DNA of 64,000 nt from the NCBI GenBank assembly GCA_051362555.1, contig CM120641.1, forward strand, positions 44,274,401 to 44,338,400, in the 5' to 3' direction. Below the pieces are notes generated by a model that saw only the letters and a program-made list of their open reading frames with translations, ran no database searches and was not told where the DNA came from. How positions within the stretch are numbered: position 1 is the stretch's first letter; each line of letters begins with the position of its first letter. Source of the stretch: Lingula anatina (taxonomy: Eukaryota > Animalia > Brachiopoda). This document shows positions 50,801 to 64,000 of the stretch, in pieces. The position numbers and the translations under genes are program-made.

Positions 50801-53088
50801 TCTATAACGGTCTCGCTTCCTAGTAATGGGACTGTTCTCTATCAACTGATTGCTCTTTCTCGGTATTCCTTTCAAAACAATAACGGGTAAATTTACAATT
50901 TCAGCTATGCACGATGAAAAGTATATTTCCTCCTACATTTGAAAAAGTAGTTACGAAAGAAAAATGTTCTTCCTCCCTGAGGCCTAAGTATAGCGTGGAT
51001 ACAGGCCAATTTGCGGTTTCAGAAAATATATTACTGAAATTAGATGCAATTGCTCTCTCTATAGTCAGCATGACAAAGGATGATGTAGGGCCCACTTGAA
51101 AAAATATGTGAGAGTGTCACGGGAGGGTATTCATACAAGATTTTTTTCCTTTTTTCCTTCTTTTTTTTCTTCTTTTCTTTCTTTCTGTTTGGGGGCGGAG
51201 GCAATGAAAATAACGAGGAGGTATGAAAGAAAAAAATGCTTTCAAACGACAAAAAAGGGTAAAAGAAAAGAAAAGGCAAACTATTTTTGCTTGGAAGCTA
51301 CAAATAATAGTCCATTTACAAGATAGCACAACGCAGTAAATTTTTGGGGAAAAAACGGGTCATATGTAAATAGTTACCCGGACAAGTGTGACGAGAAGTA
51401 AAAAGACCCTTAGATGCAATGTCTTCTCACGCGGAGCATGAAATTTCGTCATTGTCCGATTCGCGGATTCGTGACTAGGGTTTCTGTAGGCCCCCGCGTG
51501 GGCTCATATTCATGATCCAGCGAATGTGTTATCTGTGACGTAAAGATGAAATTTGAAACCGTGTCCATTCCACCGATAGACCCTCCCACGCGTCCCAATG
51601 TTATGTGCTTGTTGAATAAAAAATAGGGGGGAATGGAAGGAGGGAAAATGGCTGTCAATCCCCCTCACAGGATGTTATTTAAAACATTTGAAACAGTAGA
51701 CCTATAACAATAATTGCCTCACGCACTTCGACCACTTAATATATACCGTATAGATAGTGTACAAACATGTAGAGCTTACATTACTCACACTCACACACAA
51801 AACGAAAAGAAATAAAACTTTCTTTTCATTTGATAATTTATGAAAAACTGGCGTGATGAGAGGCAATCCTTTGCAAAGTCTGACACCTTTAATGCATACG
51901 AGTAACTATGCAGTTTTTTTTATAGGCCTATGTGTGATTAAGTCAACTACAAGTTTATATGCGCTTCTGTTCTATAATACACTTCACTGTCTTCAACAAA
52001 CCCCTTTCTCCGTATGCTCCTGTGACTAATTTTCGGATCGCATGCTTGTTAATATTTCACTGGTCATTTACACACAATTGCAATAAGACGTGTCATTGAG
52101 ACGATGGATGGTCACCTCGACCAAAATTGACCCCTAGATGACCCGGGACTGACCTCTGCTCACTAGTTTTGTGTAACACCTAGGGTATGGATTACATGCA
52201 TCTGATGGCCTTAAATGAAACGCACAAATGACAATTGATATTCAATTGTCCATATTTTTTTTCATTTTCACACTCTCCCCCGTCAATAGCACCTTTAGCT
52301 TTAGAGATTACTGGAAAGTCACCTTTATTATCGATATGTCTTTGTTGTTCCCAGTAATCCCTAAGGGTGGTCGATACGTCTACGGATAAATCACTCCGAT
52401 TTCTTTTTCAGTTCGTAATGCTTTTAACAATGCCCTATTGAGTCTGGTTAAGAGGCAGGGTTCATATTGCGAGGGTAATCCCAGTAAAATTGATTTCGTC
52501 ACACAAACAATAGAGAAATAGGGAAAAAGTACGAATGATGTCAACTGGTACAGGAATTTAAATCAAAATCGGTTTAAGGGAAAAGATGGCATGGAAAGGA
52601 TTATATAGAATTGTTAGATGAAATGATCATAAAATGACGGCAGTTGTTTTACTTCAAGGTTACTTACTTGTGATAGGACGTGATGCATCAGATACCAACT
52701 GCAAATAATACGAGACGCTGTCGATTGAAATAAGGAAGAGAATTTAACGAAACGGGGAGCCTCACCAGCACGTGGATCTGCATTCTAAAGAAACAACAAA
52801 AATCCTTACGTGCTGTTTGTATTGTTGTGCAGTAAACCCACCGATCTATGCGTGACTTGCAAGCAAGGAACTACACGCGGTATTTAAATTTTAAACCATT
52901 TTTCAAACTTATGGCTGTGCACTACAAGGAAACATGTAAAACGCCAGCGATTAATGTGTTTTTAAAATGAAAACAAAATTACGTTGGCCAAACCAAAAAA
53001 ATATTATCAAGCGATAGCCTTTACAATTGGAAACTGGACATTTTTGTCACTAAGTAAATCACTCTCTCCGCTCTCTCCCCATTCCCCT

Positions 53089-53121
<33 letters not shown>

Positions 53122-56104
53122 CTCACTCACTCACTCAGTTAATATTGTCAGGTATCTCTCCCACTAGCACCGCCCTTCTCTTCACGTTGCATTCGAATAG
53201 GTAAAAAATAGTGTATACACACACGAGTGCATAAAACAGATTCACACAAACATATACACGAAAGAATACGCACAGGCGCAAACAGAAGTATGCACATGTA
53301 AATATAAGCACACAAAAACACGCACACGAACACACGCAAGAGCACGCACACGCATACACCCTCTTCATATTCAAAAACAGCAAATGCCATTGAAGAAAAC
53401 ATGCCTCCAGCCATTCGATAGTCTGAATGTGCTATTTTATTCCTCTGTCTGGACGATATTATGATATAAATAAGTAAATTTAAGTAATTACGAACTGAAT
53501 GCACTATAGAGCGCAATATTCTTTCCATTCCACCATTTATCTTCTCTCTTGATGTTTCCATTTTCTGGCCTTTTTTCGTATCATTCCCCCGTCGGTGTCA
53601 TTTTAATATGAACTTCTCCTTTTAAAGAGTGTCATTATTGCCACACAGAATACATCATGCACAATCATTTATACATCATCGATGCACTTCCATTACCGCG
53701 CTTCACCTAAATCTTTTCACCCAGTTTCCTTTATTCCCAGGTAACGTGATGTAGATAAATTCATTTTCCCCTAGCATACTTGAAATGTCATTCTTACCTG
53801 TCTGGGAGAGAGAGAGAGAGAGATGTACTATGTGTATCTCACATTATTTGTCTAGCCCTCCATAAAGTGTTGCATTTTATCTCGGTCAGAAATCTATGTT
53901 ACCAGTCGTCCGGGTGCTGGATATCTTGATACAATATCTGTTCGGTAAATGAGGTAATTATATCTACGGAAAACCATCATGCGAACCTTCCTAAGACAAT
54001 GGCACGGACGCCGAGAGAACCTGTATCTTAGCACCACTTATGTACCTGTATCGCGACAGGAGCCACTGGGAGTTAATTGTTGGAGTTAATTGTTTCCACA
54101 CTTAAATGAAAATCAAGCAACCAAATAATCGCGTCATTGCTTCGGGAATGCATTTTTGCAGTTTTGAAACAGACAAGAAGACGCGTGTTTTTCAAAGTCG
54201 TCCTTGCATTTAATAAAAAAACAACTCATATACGCACTATATAGATACAATATATCACACAACCTTATTATACTAGTATATGTATAACATACATATATGC
54301 ATACACATGCATATATGATATATTATCTAGACACAAAAGAAGTACTATATCTTTCCTACCTACAGTATCTCCTTCACGCCACCACTGCAGCATGGACCCT
54401 GTACTGTATACCTTGGCCTATTCCTTGATATACCTCTAGCTTACACCATGCAAGCCAAAATTCCGTATTTGATACACATAACACACATACAGCCTTTCCT
54501 GTGTATACCAGCCAACGACTATAATATATTAGAAAATGAAAAGGAAATAAACTGTGGAAAAGGAACTTATGCTGCACTACCAGGAAAGGATGTTTTTGTA
54601 ATGTATGATACCGGTCGATGTGAGTGCCTAATGTCATTAAAGCCTAACTCTTTCCTTCTAACCGCCGCATTAATCTATTCGGTGGCATGCGACTGTCGGT
54701 TTTAACTTCGGTTGTTTACCGAATACTTATTTACAAGTTAAACTGCATATTAGCTCGATCCCTTTCACATTTAAGGGCCACGTAATTAGGACATTTGGAG
54801 CTGCGTTTATTTCCGTGTGTTAGTTTATTTATGAGAGTAGGTGTCCTGTTGTTTGCTACGCGATCATTGGCAGGCGCGGCGAGGTAGCTTGCAGGCTCAG
54901 GTGTAAAGAGACAAACAAACAAGCAAATATATAAACAAATAGATAAATTTGATATTTAGCTCTATTATATAATGCTTTTAATGAATGACTGTCACAGTCA
55001 AAGTATATTTGCAAAGGAGGCATGCGATCGTAAAATGCAGAGTGGAAAAGATACAGATATACATGCACCAGACCAATGTGTTTTTGTACGGGAAAAAAGT
55101 CATATGTTCGTGTCATGGAATGAGAGGGACAAGGGTTACTGTAAACAACTGATTAGCGAAGTTAAAATAAAAGCGGCAAAATAGATGCACATATCATATA
55201 CGAGTACACCCAGCCAGTTTAACAGAGTTAAAACCGTCTATCTTAGTGGCGTGGTGTCATTGAAGATGCTAGAGCCCGATTCTGACCAACGCATAACTAC
55301 AATCTGACCAATAAACTGCACCACCGTGCATAATTTGCCATGATTTTAAAGTCAAGATAACTCCTGGCCCCTTTTTTGATCAGGACACGACGTTCTCTTT
55401 AAGTCCACCGCGAGCACGGTGCAAAGACTATCTACCTGATCTCAATCAAACCATTTATCCACAGTATTGTTTATCTATTCTGAAATCACCCCTGGACCCT
55501 ATCAGAATAGAGGACAGACTGCACTTCGGCAATTTGGGTGCAATTATGCAAATGACGATGTCCTGATTGTCAATATTCATAATTCATCTAATGTCGGCAC
55601 GATTTTAACCCCTTTTTAAAGCTCTTTGCATTATGCTCTTTACAGTCTCTCTAAGTTAAACCCAGCTTATCATTTATTTTGTTCAAAGGCACATTTCACC
55701 TACCCCTTTTTTGCACTTCGCTTCTTTCTCTTCCCTGTCTCTAAATTTAATCTCGTCTGTCTTTCATCCCTTCCCTTCAAAGTGAAAGTTCTACTACCCT
55801 CTCGTCGTGTGGCAGTCAAACAGGAGACAATCATAAGCAAGCAATCACATTAAATGAATGTCGGCAAGATTCGTGTCGTAGGTAACCTCAATATATTGCA
55901 CACAGTTAAAGTTGCAGTCAATTCGAAGAAATGACAGCAGCAGCAATGTGATCATCGTGTTTTCCGTACGTTACAAGGAACACGCCGCGGTGAATGGTCC
56001 GTCGCTGCGGTTTTTTGCATGGAAGCCGACGTGCGGTTAGGCTTTAACGAGTGACATAGCGACCCACGCAGCCGTGACACGTGTTAAGAGGAGGACTGAC
56101 GCTG

Positions 56105-56134
56105 TTTGATATATAGCCCAGTTGGAAATTCATT

Positions 56135-56188
<54 letters not shown>

Positions 56189-56265
56189 CTCCACCCGCTA
56201 ACACATGTACAAAAGCCATTTGATATATAGCCCAGTTGGAAGTTCATTTGGTCTCTCTCTCTCTC
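56105..56265. repeat. Local duplication (114-bp offset) of TTTGATATATAGCCCAGTTGGAA.TTCATTT plus (CT)n
   Basis: Copies start at 56105 and 56219; 31-bp core with one mismatch, each followed by a CT tract. Confidence 0.85.
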
Positions 56266-57869
56266 GCTTTGAAATTTTATGGACATTTTTTGCATCATCT
56301 CAACAGTGCATTCCGTTTTCGTCTTCGTAAATGAAGACGCGGTTAATAATTTTACAATTTCCCACGAGTCGATTATGATGTTTCAACTAAAACCAGAATA
56401 ATAATCGTCAACTATGGGAAAGCGTGCTATTGTAATAGACGCAGTGTCATCGACTTTTGACTGGATAAGATATGACAAACCAACACGGAAATTACTAAAA
56501 AATTCAACTCACAAAACTCTGCACCAAACCAATGGGAAAAAAGCAAAAATCAACATAATTGGAACGCAAATAACAGAATATAATAATCAGGTATAAAACA
56601 ATTCATATACAAAGAAACAACACGTTACTCACGTAAAAATCAACGCTGTGTGAAAGACCGGCAGCTACACCGTCCTGAGTGGTGACATTTCTCTGTATGC
56701 GACCGACGAGTACTGACAAGAAGATGGGGGAATACTCGGAGATTCTCGCCTGATACCAACCATAATCACTGCTCTCTGTTCTTTGTCCGCACACGATCAT
56801 ACACACGCCCAGGCACAATTAAAGCGACTGGTGGCCCCGGAACAGGGACAAAACCGATGATTGATAAATAATTCATGATTCTGGCAAAGGTGATTAGGTA
56901 AAGAAGGGACTGAGTGTGAATTAAACAATGCCACTGTATTTATGCTAATGTTTTTTTTTCTTTCGAGGGGGGGGGGGGGGGGGGCGGCCGGTTAAAAGAT
57001 TGGGTAAAGGCGATGGCGGTTTTAGTCCGCTGTTGCTTATCTTACCTGTTGTCTTTTATACTATTCTATGAATTTATGATGTGATTTCTTGACATTTGAG
57101 TGATAATTGTTTCAAAAATCTTTTCTAAAGGAAAACAAAAGAGCAGGATAAAAGCCTGTTTACAAGTGTTCGGTATTGGCAATACTTCATCGGTTCAAAG
57201 GAGACTGTAGGCGCGAGTGGGGAAGCATTATTTTCCTAGACCCTCATTTATTTTTCAGGGCAGATATTCTCGAAAGGACAATCGAACGATTATTTAAGAA
57301 AATTCTCTTATCTCCAGGATCGCGTCTCTAAATAGAAAGTTCCACAGAATACTATCATTATAAACGCTGGCATGTTACGTGCAATAACACGTCTGCTGCA
57401 GAATGCAGAGAACAGACGAGCGAACAGGAGACAGGACTTCATAAGTGCGGCTTTCTTGTCACGTATTTTTAATAAATGCTTCTATCAGTGTAATTTAAGT
57501 CATTTGTTTGGTGCCACCCCATCTGAGTGGTATTGACTCTATCAGATCTTTTATCATACAACATTTTCCCTATACTTTTTATAAATGGCTTTAGACAAGA
57601 GGTAATATAGATAAATGGCTACATGAACCAGTATGTATGCTCTCAGATACCCCTGCGTCACGCCCTCAGAGCGTTGTGGTGCTAACTCAGAGCGTCTTAC
57701 ATTTGGAATGTATTTTAAAGCCATCTTTAAGGCTAAATGTCTTAATCGTAGAGTATTTAGTGAGCTAATCAATTCAATACCTGTTTTTTTAGAGGAAAGT
57801 AATGAATAATACTAGTAGAAGACTGCTTTTGCATGTATAAAATGTTTAAAAAAAGCAGAGAACAATCCT

Positions 57870-58037
57870 GGTGCGAAGGTCTGGTCCCAGTGTGACAGGA
57901 ATGGTGGTCCAGGAGACACTCGTCCCATATACTAACCCCAATACTCCGGCTAACCCTGACCTGTACTGTCATATGGGACCGTCACCTGGACTTCCATCCC
58001 TAGGAGCACCTTTCCGGAACGTTCCAGTCTCGCACCA
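57870..58037. mobile_element. Degenerate palindromic MITE with a central TAACCC motif
   Basis: Nested inverted pairs TGGTGCGA/TCGCACCA, GTCCAGG/CCTGGAC and GTCCCATAT/ATATGGGAC around CTAACCCC...CTAACCCTG. Confidence 0.45.
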
Positions 58038-61000
58038 TCGGCTTCTGGCGACACGGCGCACATAAAGGTCGGTTTCACAAAAAGCATTTCATTTCATTTT
58101 GGGATAAATCCCTATTAGTTCTCTAAATATGAGTAATTATGTTGGTATAAAACATAATTAAGTAAGCCATTTATTTCTTTTTATATAAAGGTCATTTAAG
58201 GGAACAGCAGCGTGCACTGAGTCAAAGCAGACGAGATTTAAAAAAAATGGGTGCAAAGTGATGACCAGCTTTACATTTCGGTCTTAAGTTCTGTTGTGTC
58301 ATCCAGGACAGGTGTGGAGACTGCAGGGGCAGTGATGCTGTGAAGATACTGAAGCGTGTACCCTGTAATTTGTCAATCTGCACTCGAGATTTTAGGCTAG
58401 TATGCGATGGTCAAGCTGAAATAATATTCATCTTATCGCGATGTCCAGGTCTTTTACAGCGATAACTATGATAGGAACGCGATACAGAACTTCGCAGACG
58501 ACATTAAACGCACCGGCTAGAAATAACCTCTATTGTTTAGATGTATGCATTTTTAACAATTTTGATGTAAACTTTGAAAATATCGAAGCAGATAGACGGT
58601 TGGATAGATAATCACAGTCAATAGTTAATAATGAAATGCTACAGACTTGGGTTGGTAAGGGGGAACCTAGTTGGGAGGGGTTGGATAGTTTAAGCCGGGT
58701 TGCCAAATGTAGGCCAGAAATAAATGACCTTTTTTTTCATGTTCACGGCTAGGCCTTGCAACTTGAGGAAGTTTACTTCACGACTGTGGCTTTTTGTCAC
58801 ATAGGACTTTTCCCCGTCTTTGATGAAATGTATTTCCATTTTTTTTTTGCTTAACCACTAATACCACTAATACCCCCCCACCCCAAACCCCCCAAAAAAC
58901 CCTAAGTTCCCTTCCCATAAACAAAAAAATAAGCCCATGCCATCACGCCACCAGCCCCAAACACCAAACCTGTTTTTCCATGTAGTGAAATTACTTTTTG
59001 TGTGCCAACTTCAATTAAAAGTAACATACATGCAAAACGGCATCTTTGATTATTAGTTATTATCTTATTATTGTCGCGTAGACAATTGTATGCACGCGTT
59101 TCTGCGTGCGCGTTGTGATGAAGAACATGAATTTGACAATGTGGAAATTGTTTTCGGTTGTTTTAGCGTTGTAACTGCGGCTGTAATCCATGGCACGCTG
59201 ATGACTCTACGTCATGCATGTGCACCACACCGTCCACAACCGTACTGTATTAAAAACAAATTTATTAGTGCCCTGTTGTTACACGCTCTCTTATATTCAT
59301 CATGCATTAGCGCTTAAAATCAGCTGAGTCTAACCGTCAAGTTTGTGTAGCCGGTCAGCTGTGCAACTGACTGATAGCCTGTCTGCACGTCTTGGTGTGT
59401 TTTGTCCCGTGTGGCGCAACCATTTGGGAGCAATTGCGTTGAACATCTCAACTAACACAATGGGAGCTTCCTTTTAGAAAAAAAAATATTCCCATACCCT
59501 TTTCCTTTGCAATGACTCATACGGAGCATTAATAAAAAAGTATATATCTAGGAGCTTTCCCAAGTGTGCTCGATTAACCTGTGGAGTGGATAACCACATC
59601 TGAGTTAATCATCTGTACACGTTACATGTATTTCTCGTTTTATTTTCTGCAAACGGTCAAAAAAGACGTCCGAGCAGTTTCTAATAATCGGAGACAGGGA
59701 ACACCTGGGTCACGTGTCTAATGGCTCCGAGTGTTACTTACTGAAAAACCCCAAATTAAGACACAAAACAACGACTACTTGCTGGAACAGAAACACAACT
59801 GTGACTCAACCATAACTATGGACCACCCAAATTACGTCTAACGAAACTGCATTAAAAGTGCACCGAATAGACACCTCAGTATCAGTTTCTTAGGGGTAAA
59901 AAAAAGGGCCGCTTAATAGCTGAATATCAAATTTAAACAAACCACTTTAAATGTGCTGCCGGAGGACCTTAGTGAGGTCATACACTTAAAGGTCGTTTTT
60001 ACTGGACAGGTCTTAAAGCAAAACTTGGACATGGAACGTGTTTCAAACATGGGCCCTCAAACATACCCCCTTTTCTTTAATATACCTCTGTACATTCAAG
60101 AGACAGAATACGGAATTTTCCAGTGAGACAGGGACAAGACTTAAATATTTTACTGGGCCCTAACACATTTTCATAATTTCCAAAAATGAGAGCTTCAAAC
60201 TTAAAACATCCTCTTAAGGTTTATGCTATGAAACACCAGTTTTATTCATTTGCCTAAACCCTAATGGCTTGGTTAATTTTCACTCCGTGTGTTATTATTT
60301 AATTCTTCAACAGGGCACAGTAATTCCATTAGTTGTAACGGATGCAATATGCCAATGGACATTACTACAGGCTATGTACAATGGAAAGAGGAAGTTGGCT
60401 TAGGCGATGGCAATACACTATATTGGCAATTGCGACGGAAATACACTTAAAAAAGCAAGTCCACAACGTAATTGAGATATAAATATTACTTATGACTGGT
60501 TTTATCCCATGGTGATATCGAAAAGATCATTGTGTGAAGAAATTACATCATATGACAGATATAGCAAAGCTACTCGGTCACTAACCGAAAATGTTCCTCT
60601 TTCCTCTCTTGTTTTGATTAGCTTTGTTTTGTACAGAATTTTTCCTACAGTTTTCCTTTTACCCAAGCGTCAGATCAAGGTGATTCCCCCTCGTACCCCA
60701 CAGGGTAGAAGAAGTTGACTACAGTCAACCTAAGTTCTAACGCTATACAATAATATAACTTTTCACCACAGCCAAGGCAAATTTGCCGGTTAATCAATGT
60801 TGGATAGCATAAATTCGCAGCAAGCTGTGTCAGCGCAACGTAATACAGACTACTTGTACTTTAGGCACTAAGTTAAGAATTGGACACCGTGGAGCGCAGT
60901 GTATTATGTCTACGAAGAGACTTAACTGAAGTCATTAAACGTCAATTTTTACGTAGTTACTAAGACAATCATTGCACGGGTGGGTAGTGGCTATTTTTAC

Positions 61001-64000
61001 GTACTGGGTATCTTTTAAAACTAACAAGCACCTCCCCTCTTCCCCTCAAACATTCAACAGTGACTGATTCCGTGAAAACAGACATACGGAAACCATACAT
61101 ATTGAGTGTATGTTAAATTTGCATCTCGTGTCGGTTATGTGGTGCCATTTTTAAAACGACCCTTGAATTTTTGGGTGCTGAAGAACGAAAATTAATTTCT
61201 ATCCGTTGCCTTATTGGAGCGCGACCCTCTTCGCTTTTTTCACGGCGACTCGGGGCATACAGCGTACTCAACCTAAAGGTTTCAGATTAGCTCTTAGTAT
61301 CGGTGTTTTTAAATTTACACAAATATAAGATTCCATATCCTTAGAAACATTCCTACGCGCCCTCTCAACGTGAGTTTATACACAAGCAAGTGAACCGAAT
61401 GTTAATAGAGCTCAGTGCGCTGCGTCTGCAGTTTCACTCGATTTTTTTTCACTCGGAAATACACAAGACTATGTAATGACTTCCACGACCACGTAAAAGA
61501 CTGCTACTGAGCGATAAGTTTTCTCATTTACATTTACATTTACAGACGTTGAAGACAAAACAAACAAACAAAAAAATCCAGTGAGTTAAATCATAGAGCC
61601 CCTACCTTCAGCAGAGTCCGTGTCTTCTCTCTAAGGGAGAGCGATGGTTATAATACATGAGTTCTCTCTTCCTCGTTGTCTTATCAAATCCACAACTTGT
61701 TCTGTTTGTATCAAGGACACGACACGAAATAAAAAAGTTATTTCTGATCAACGGACCGGTAAACATCCGTAAGTAAAAAGAACGAATGAAATTCTATACG
61801 CTGCAAAACCAGGAACTTGAAACCGATTATTTTCCAGGACATCAACAACCAACTTGCTTCCAGAGTATATAAAATGTATACAGTTTTCCACGGCAGAGTA
61901 CTTATTACTCAATTCTCGCATGCTGTTTCACATCTCACAGCTTCGAGTTTAGTTTTCTCTAAAGTATGTTCGCTTTAAGTGAAACCAGCTGATTCCGAAT
62001 TAGTCAGGAAAACTACGACTGGCTGGGTTAGAGAACCGAAGCCTGAGAAAGGAACTCGCCCAACTTTGGGGAAAAGCACTCCTATGTATTTGTTCAGTAC
62101 GCAATACGTGTATGGGCCGCGGCAAGTGGGATCGACTACTTGTGTATAATTTTAAGTAAACATGACCTAGAAAACTGCCCGAAATGTTCCGCTTTCTATT
62201 CCAATTTTCCACGCTTTGTGTTGTTTCCTTTTTTGATAACCACTTTTCCCACAGTTTTTGTGTTGTCATTTATAACGTCATATTTTTATTATATCAATCG
62301 AAATAGACGTGTTTTCATTTTTGCCTCCTGTTTCGGTGCTGCTTATGTGTGTCTCGACCTTTCCGCTCGTCAGTCAACTTGTCTGTCTGGTCCTCCCGTC
62401 TCTCTCTCTCTCTCTCCATAAAGGCATGTGTGTTTGCGCGTGTGCACACACACACACACACTCCCATCGCCGCTCGAATTATCTTCAGTTCACATGTTCA
62501 CAAAGGAAACGCACAGAAAAAATCAAAAGGGGAGGGGGGATTTCAATTAATTGTTGCCCTCCATCTTTTCATTTTTAAGTTAAAACCATGGCCCTCCCCC
62601 GCCAGTATCTAAACTATGTTTTAGGGGTCATCTCAAAATAAGAGTTCTTAACAGTACCGACAAATCGGTTGTATACAATTTAACTTTTTAGGTCAGTTTG
62701 AGGCACAAAGATCCGGTTTATATCTGTTTTTTTCTTTCGTTCGATGACTCCCCTTATAGTGATTATAGGGCATGTTTTTCACAAAATAGATTCAGTTTGA
62801 TCCCATGAGAACCCGGATTGAAGCGTTAAACGTCATCCCGTTAACGATCCTGGTTCCACGAAATCACGGCGTCCCGTGTCCAAGAACAGTTTCACAGGGT
62901 CAGGATTCAAAACAATGGCCTGCACGTTCGAACATGCACTGTCACTTTGAAAACGAGCACGTTTTCACCGGTCGACAGTTCTGTGACCCCCCCCCCCCCC
63001 CCCCCCTTCAACATGCTCGGAAATTTAACTTCATTGGTAACTTAACTGAAGATCTTTCATCCAAAATCGGAATAATTTCTTCTACTTCACGAAAACCAAA
63101 AACGGATTGGGGGGGGGGGGGGGGGGGGGGGGGCAGAGCGATCACGTCAATCCCCCCCATATACAGATATTGCAAAACAACATAAGGATTTCAAATTCAA
63201 AACTTGGGAATTTGTTGTATATGGTAAGTGATAAAATTGAAAAAGAAATCTTCTTTGTTAAGCAACGATACAAGAAAGAGATTACTTTTATATTTTAAAA
63301 GTTTTCACAAACGCCGTTTTCGTCTACACTACTTTAAGCCAGCGCACATCAATGTATACTGAAAGCTGAACTCACGTGAGTGAGTTCTGGAAGATAAACT
63401 TTATTCATTGTAGCGCATGCATCTACATGGGTAGATGAAGATACACAATAGAAATGTAATTTTAAATTAGTATTTTATCAAACAATGACATAATATGACA
63501 ACTGAACTTTCTTGTCCACAATGAAGCACAAGAGTACGATGCATATTTTGAAACAGATATATATTTTTGGATTGAAAAGTGCACTTTTATAATGAAAAAT
63601 TCAAAAGAGGATTGTAAAATCTCTGGATAAACGTTTGAACCAGACCCTTGAGAAAAGACATGGCAGCTATGCTGCAACCTGTCATTTTATCAAGGAATTA
63701 ACAAGTAAGATGATGACTGTGTACGTTGTTATGGACTATACTGTTCTTTTATTATATGTGCAATGTCACAATCTATTGTGTGTTGATGTATGTGACATAT
63801 ACTGCTTTTATATTAATTATGGAAATCACACTGGGTAACAAGGAAGCCGAGTCATTAATCACGCTCTGTGCTTCACTCGTGATAGCCATGCTATTCTTAA
63901 TTTTTTCAGGTCAGTGTTCGTCTTTAAACTCCGTGCATTGATGAAAGCTTATGTTACACACTTTAAAGAAACAAAAAACATCTTAGCTTGTTTTTCTATA

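Noticed and set aside
62987-63133. Poly-C and poly-G runs facing each other about 100 bp apart
   Set aside because: Long G/C homopolymers are common throughout the window (177, 21452, 28341, 56968); no further complementarity or TSD seen.
46000-64000. Numerous 60-137-aa ORFs
   Set aside because: No recognisable domains or consistent exon chain; consistent with random ORFs in AT-rich non-coding DNA, though small exons could be missed by eye.

Overview
AT-rich animal genomic DNA (intron, repeat and CpG style suggest a marine invertebrate; the species cannot be determined from the sequence). Two protein-coding genes are supported, arranged tail-to-tail about 17.7 kb apart. (1) POLD2 (DNA polymerase delta subunit 2), + strand: nine GT-AG exons from 384 to the stop at 23012, with the N-terminal exon(s) upstream of the window. 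Its last two introns are expanded (11.1 kb and 7.5 kb) and carry non-autonomous DNA transposons. (2) A Mist1/BHLHA15/dimmed-class bHLH gene, - strand: single coding exon 40754-41413, with a predicted short non-coding first exon and TATA/CCAAT/ACGT-rich promoter near 45.1-45.4 kb. The rest is non-coding: MITEs, Helentron-type (HINE/DINE-like) elements and microsatellites. Most notable: a 605-bp TIR element (7170-7774) with 77-78-bp hairpin-forming TIRs and an 8-bp TSD carrying a RecQ-helicase Q-motif/Walker A remnant; a 3.4-kb Helentron-type element with two interleaved satellite monomers; a CpG-poor/CpG-rich boundary at the POLD2 3' end, recorded by paired TE copies; and XBP1/CREB-type motif clusters upstream of the Mist1-like gene. 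All comparisons were by eye and from recall; no searches were run.
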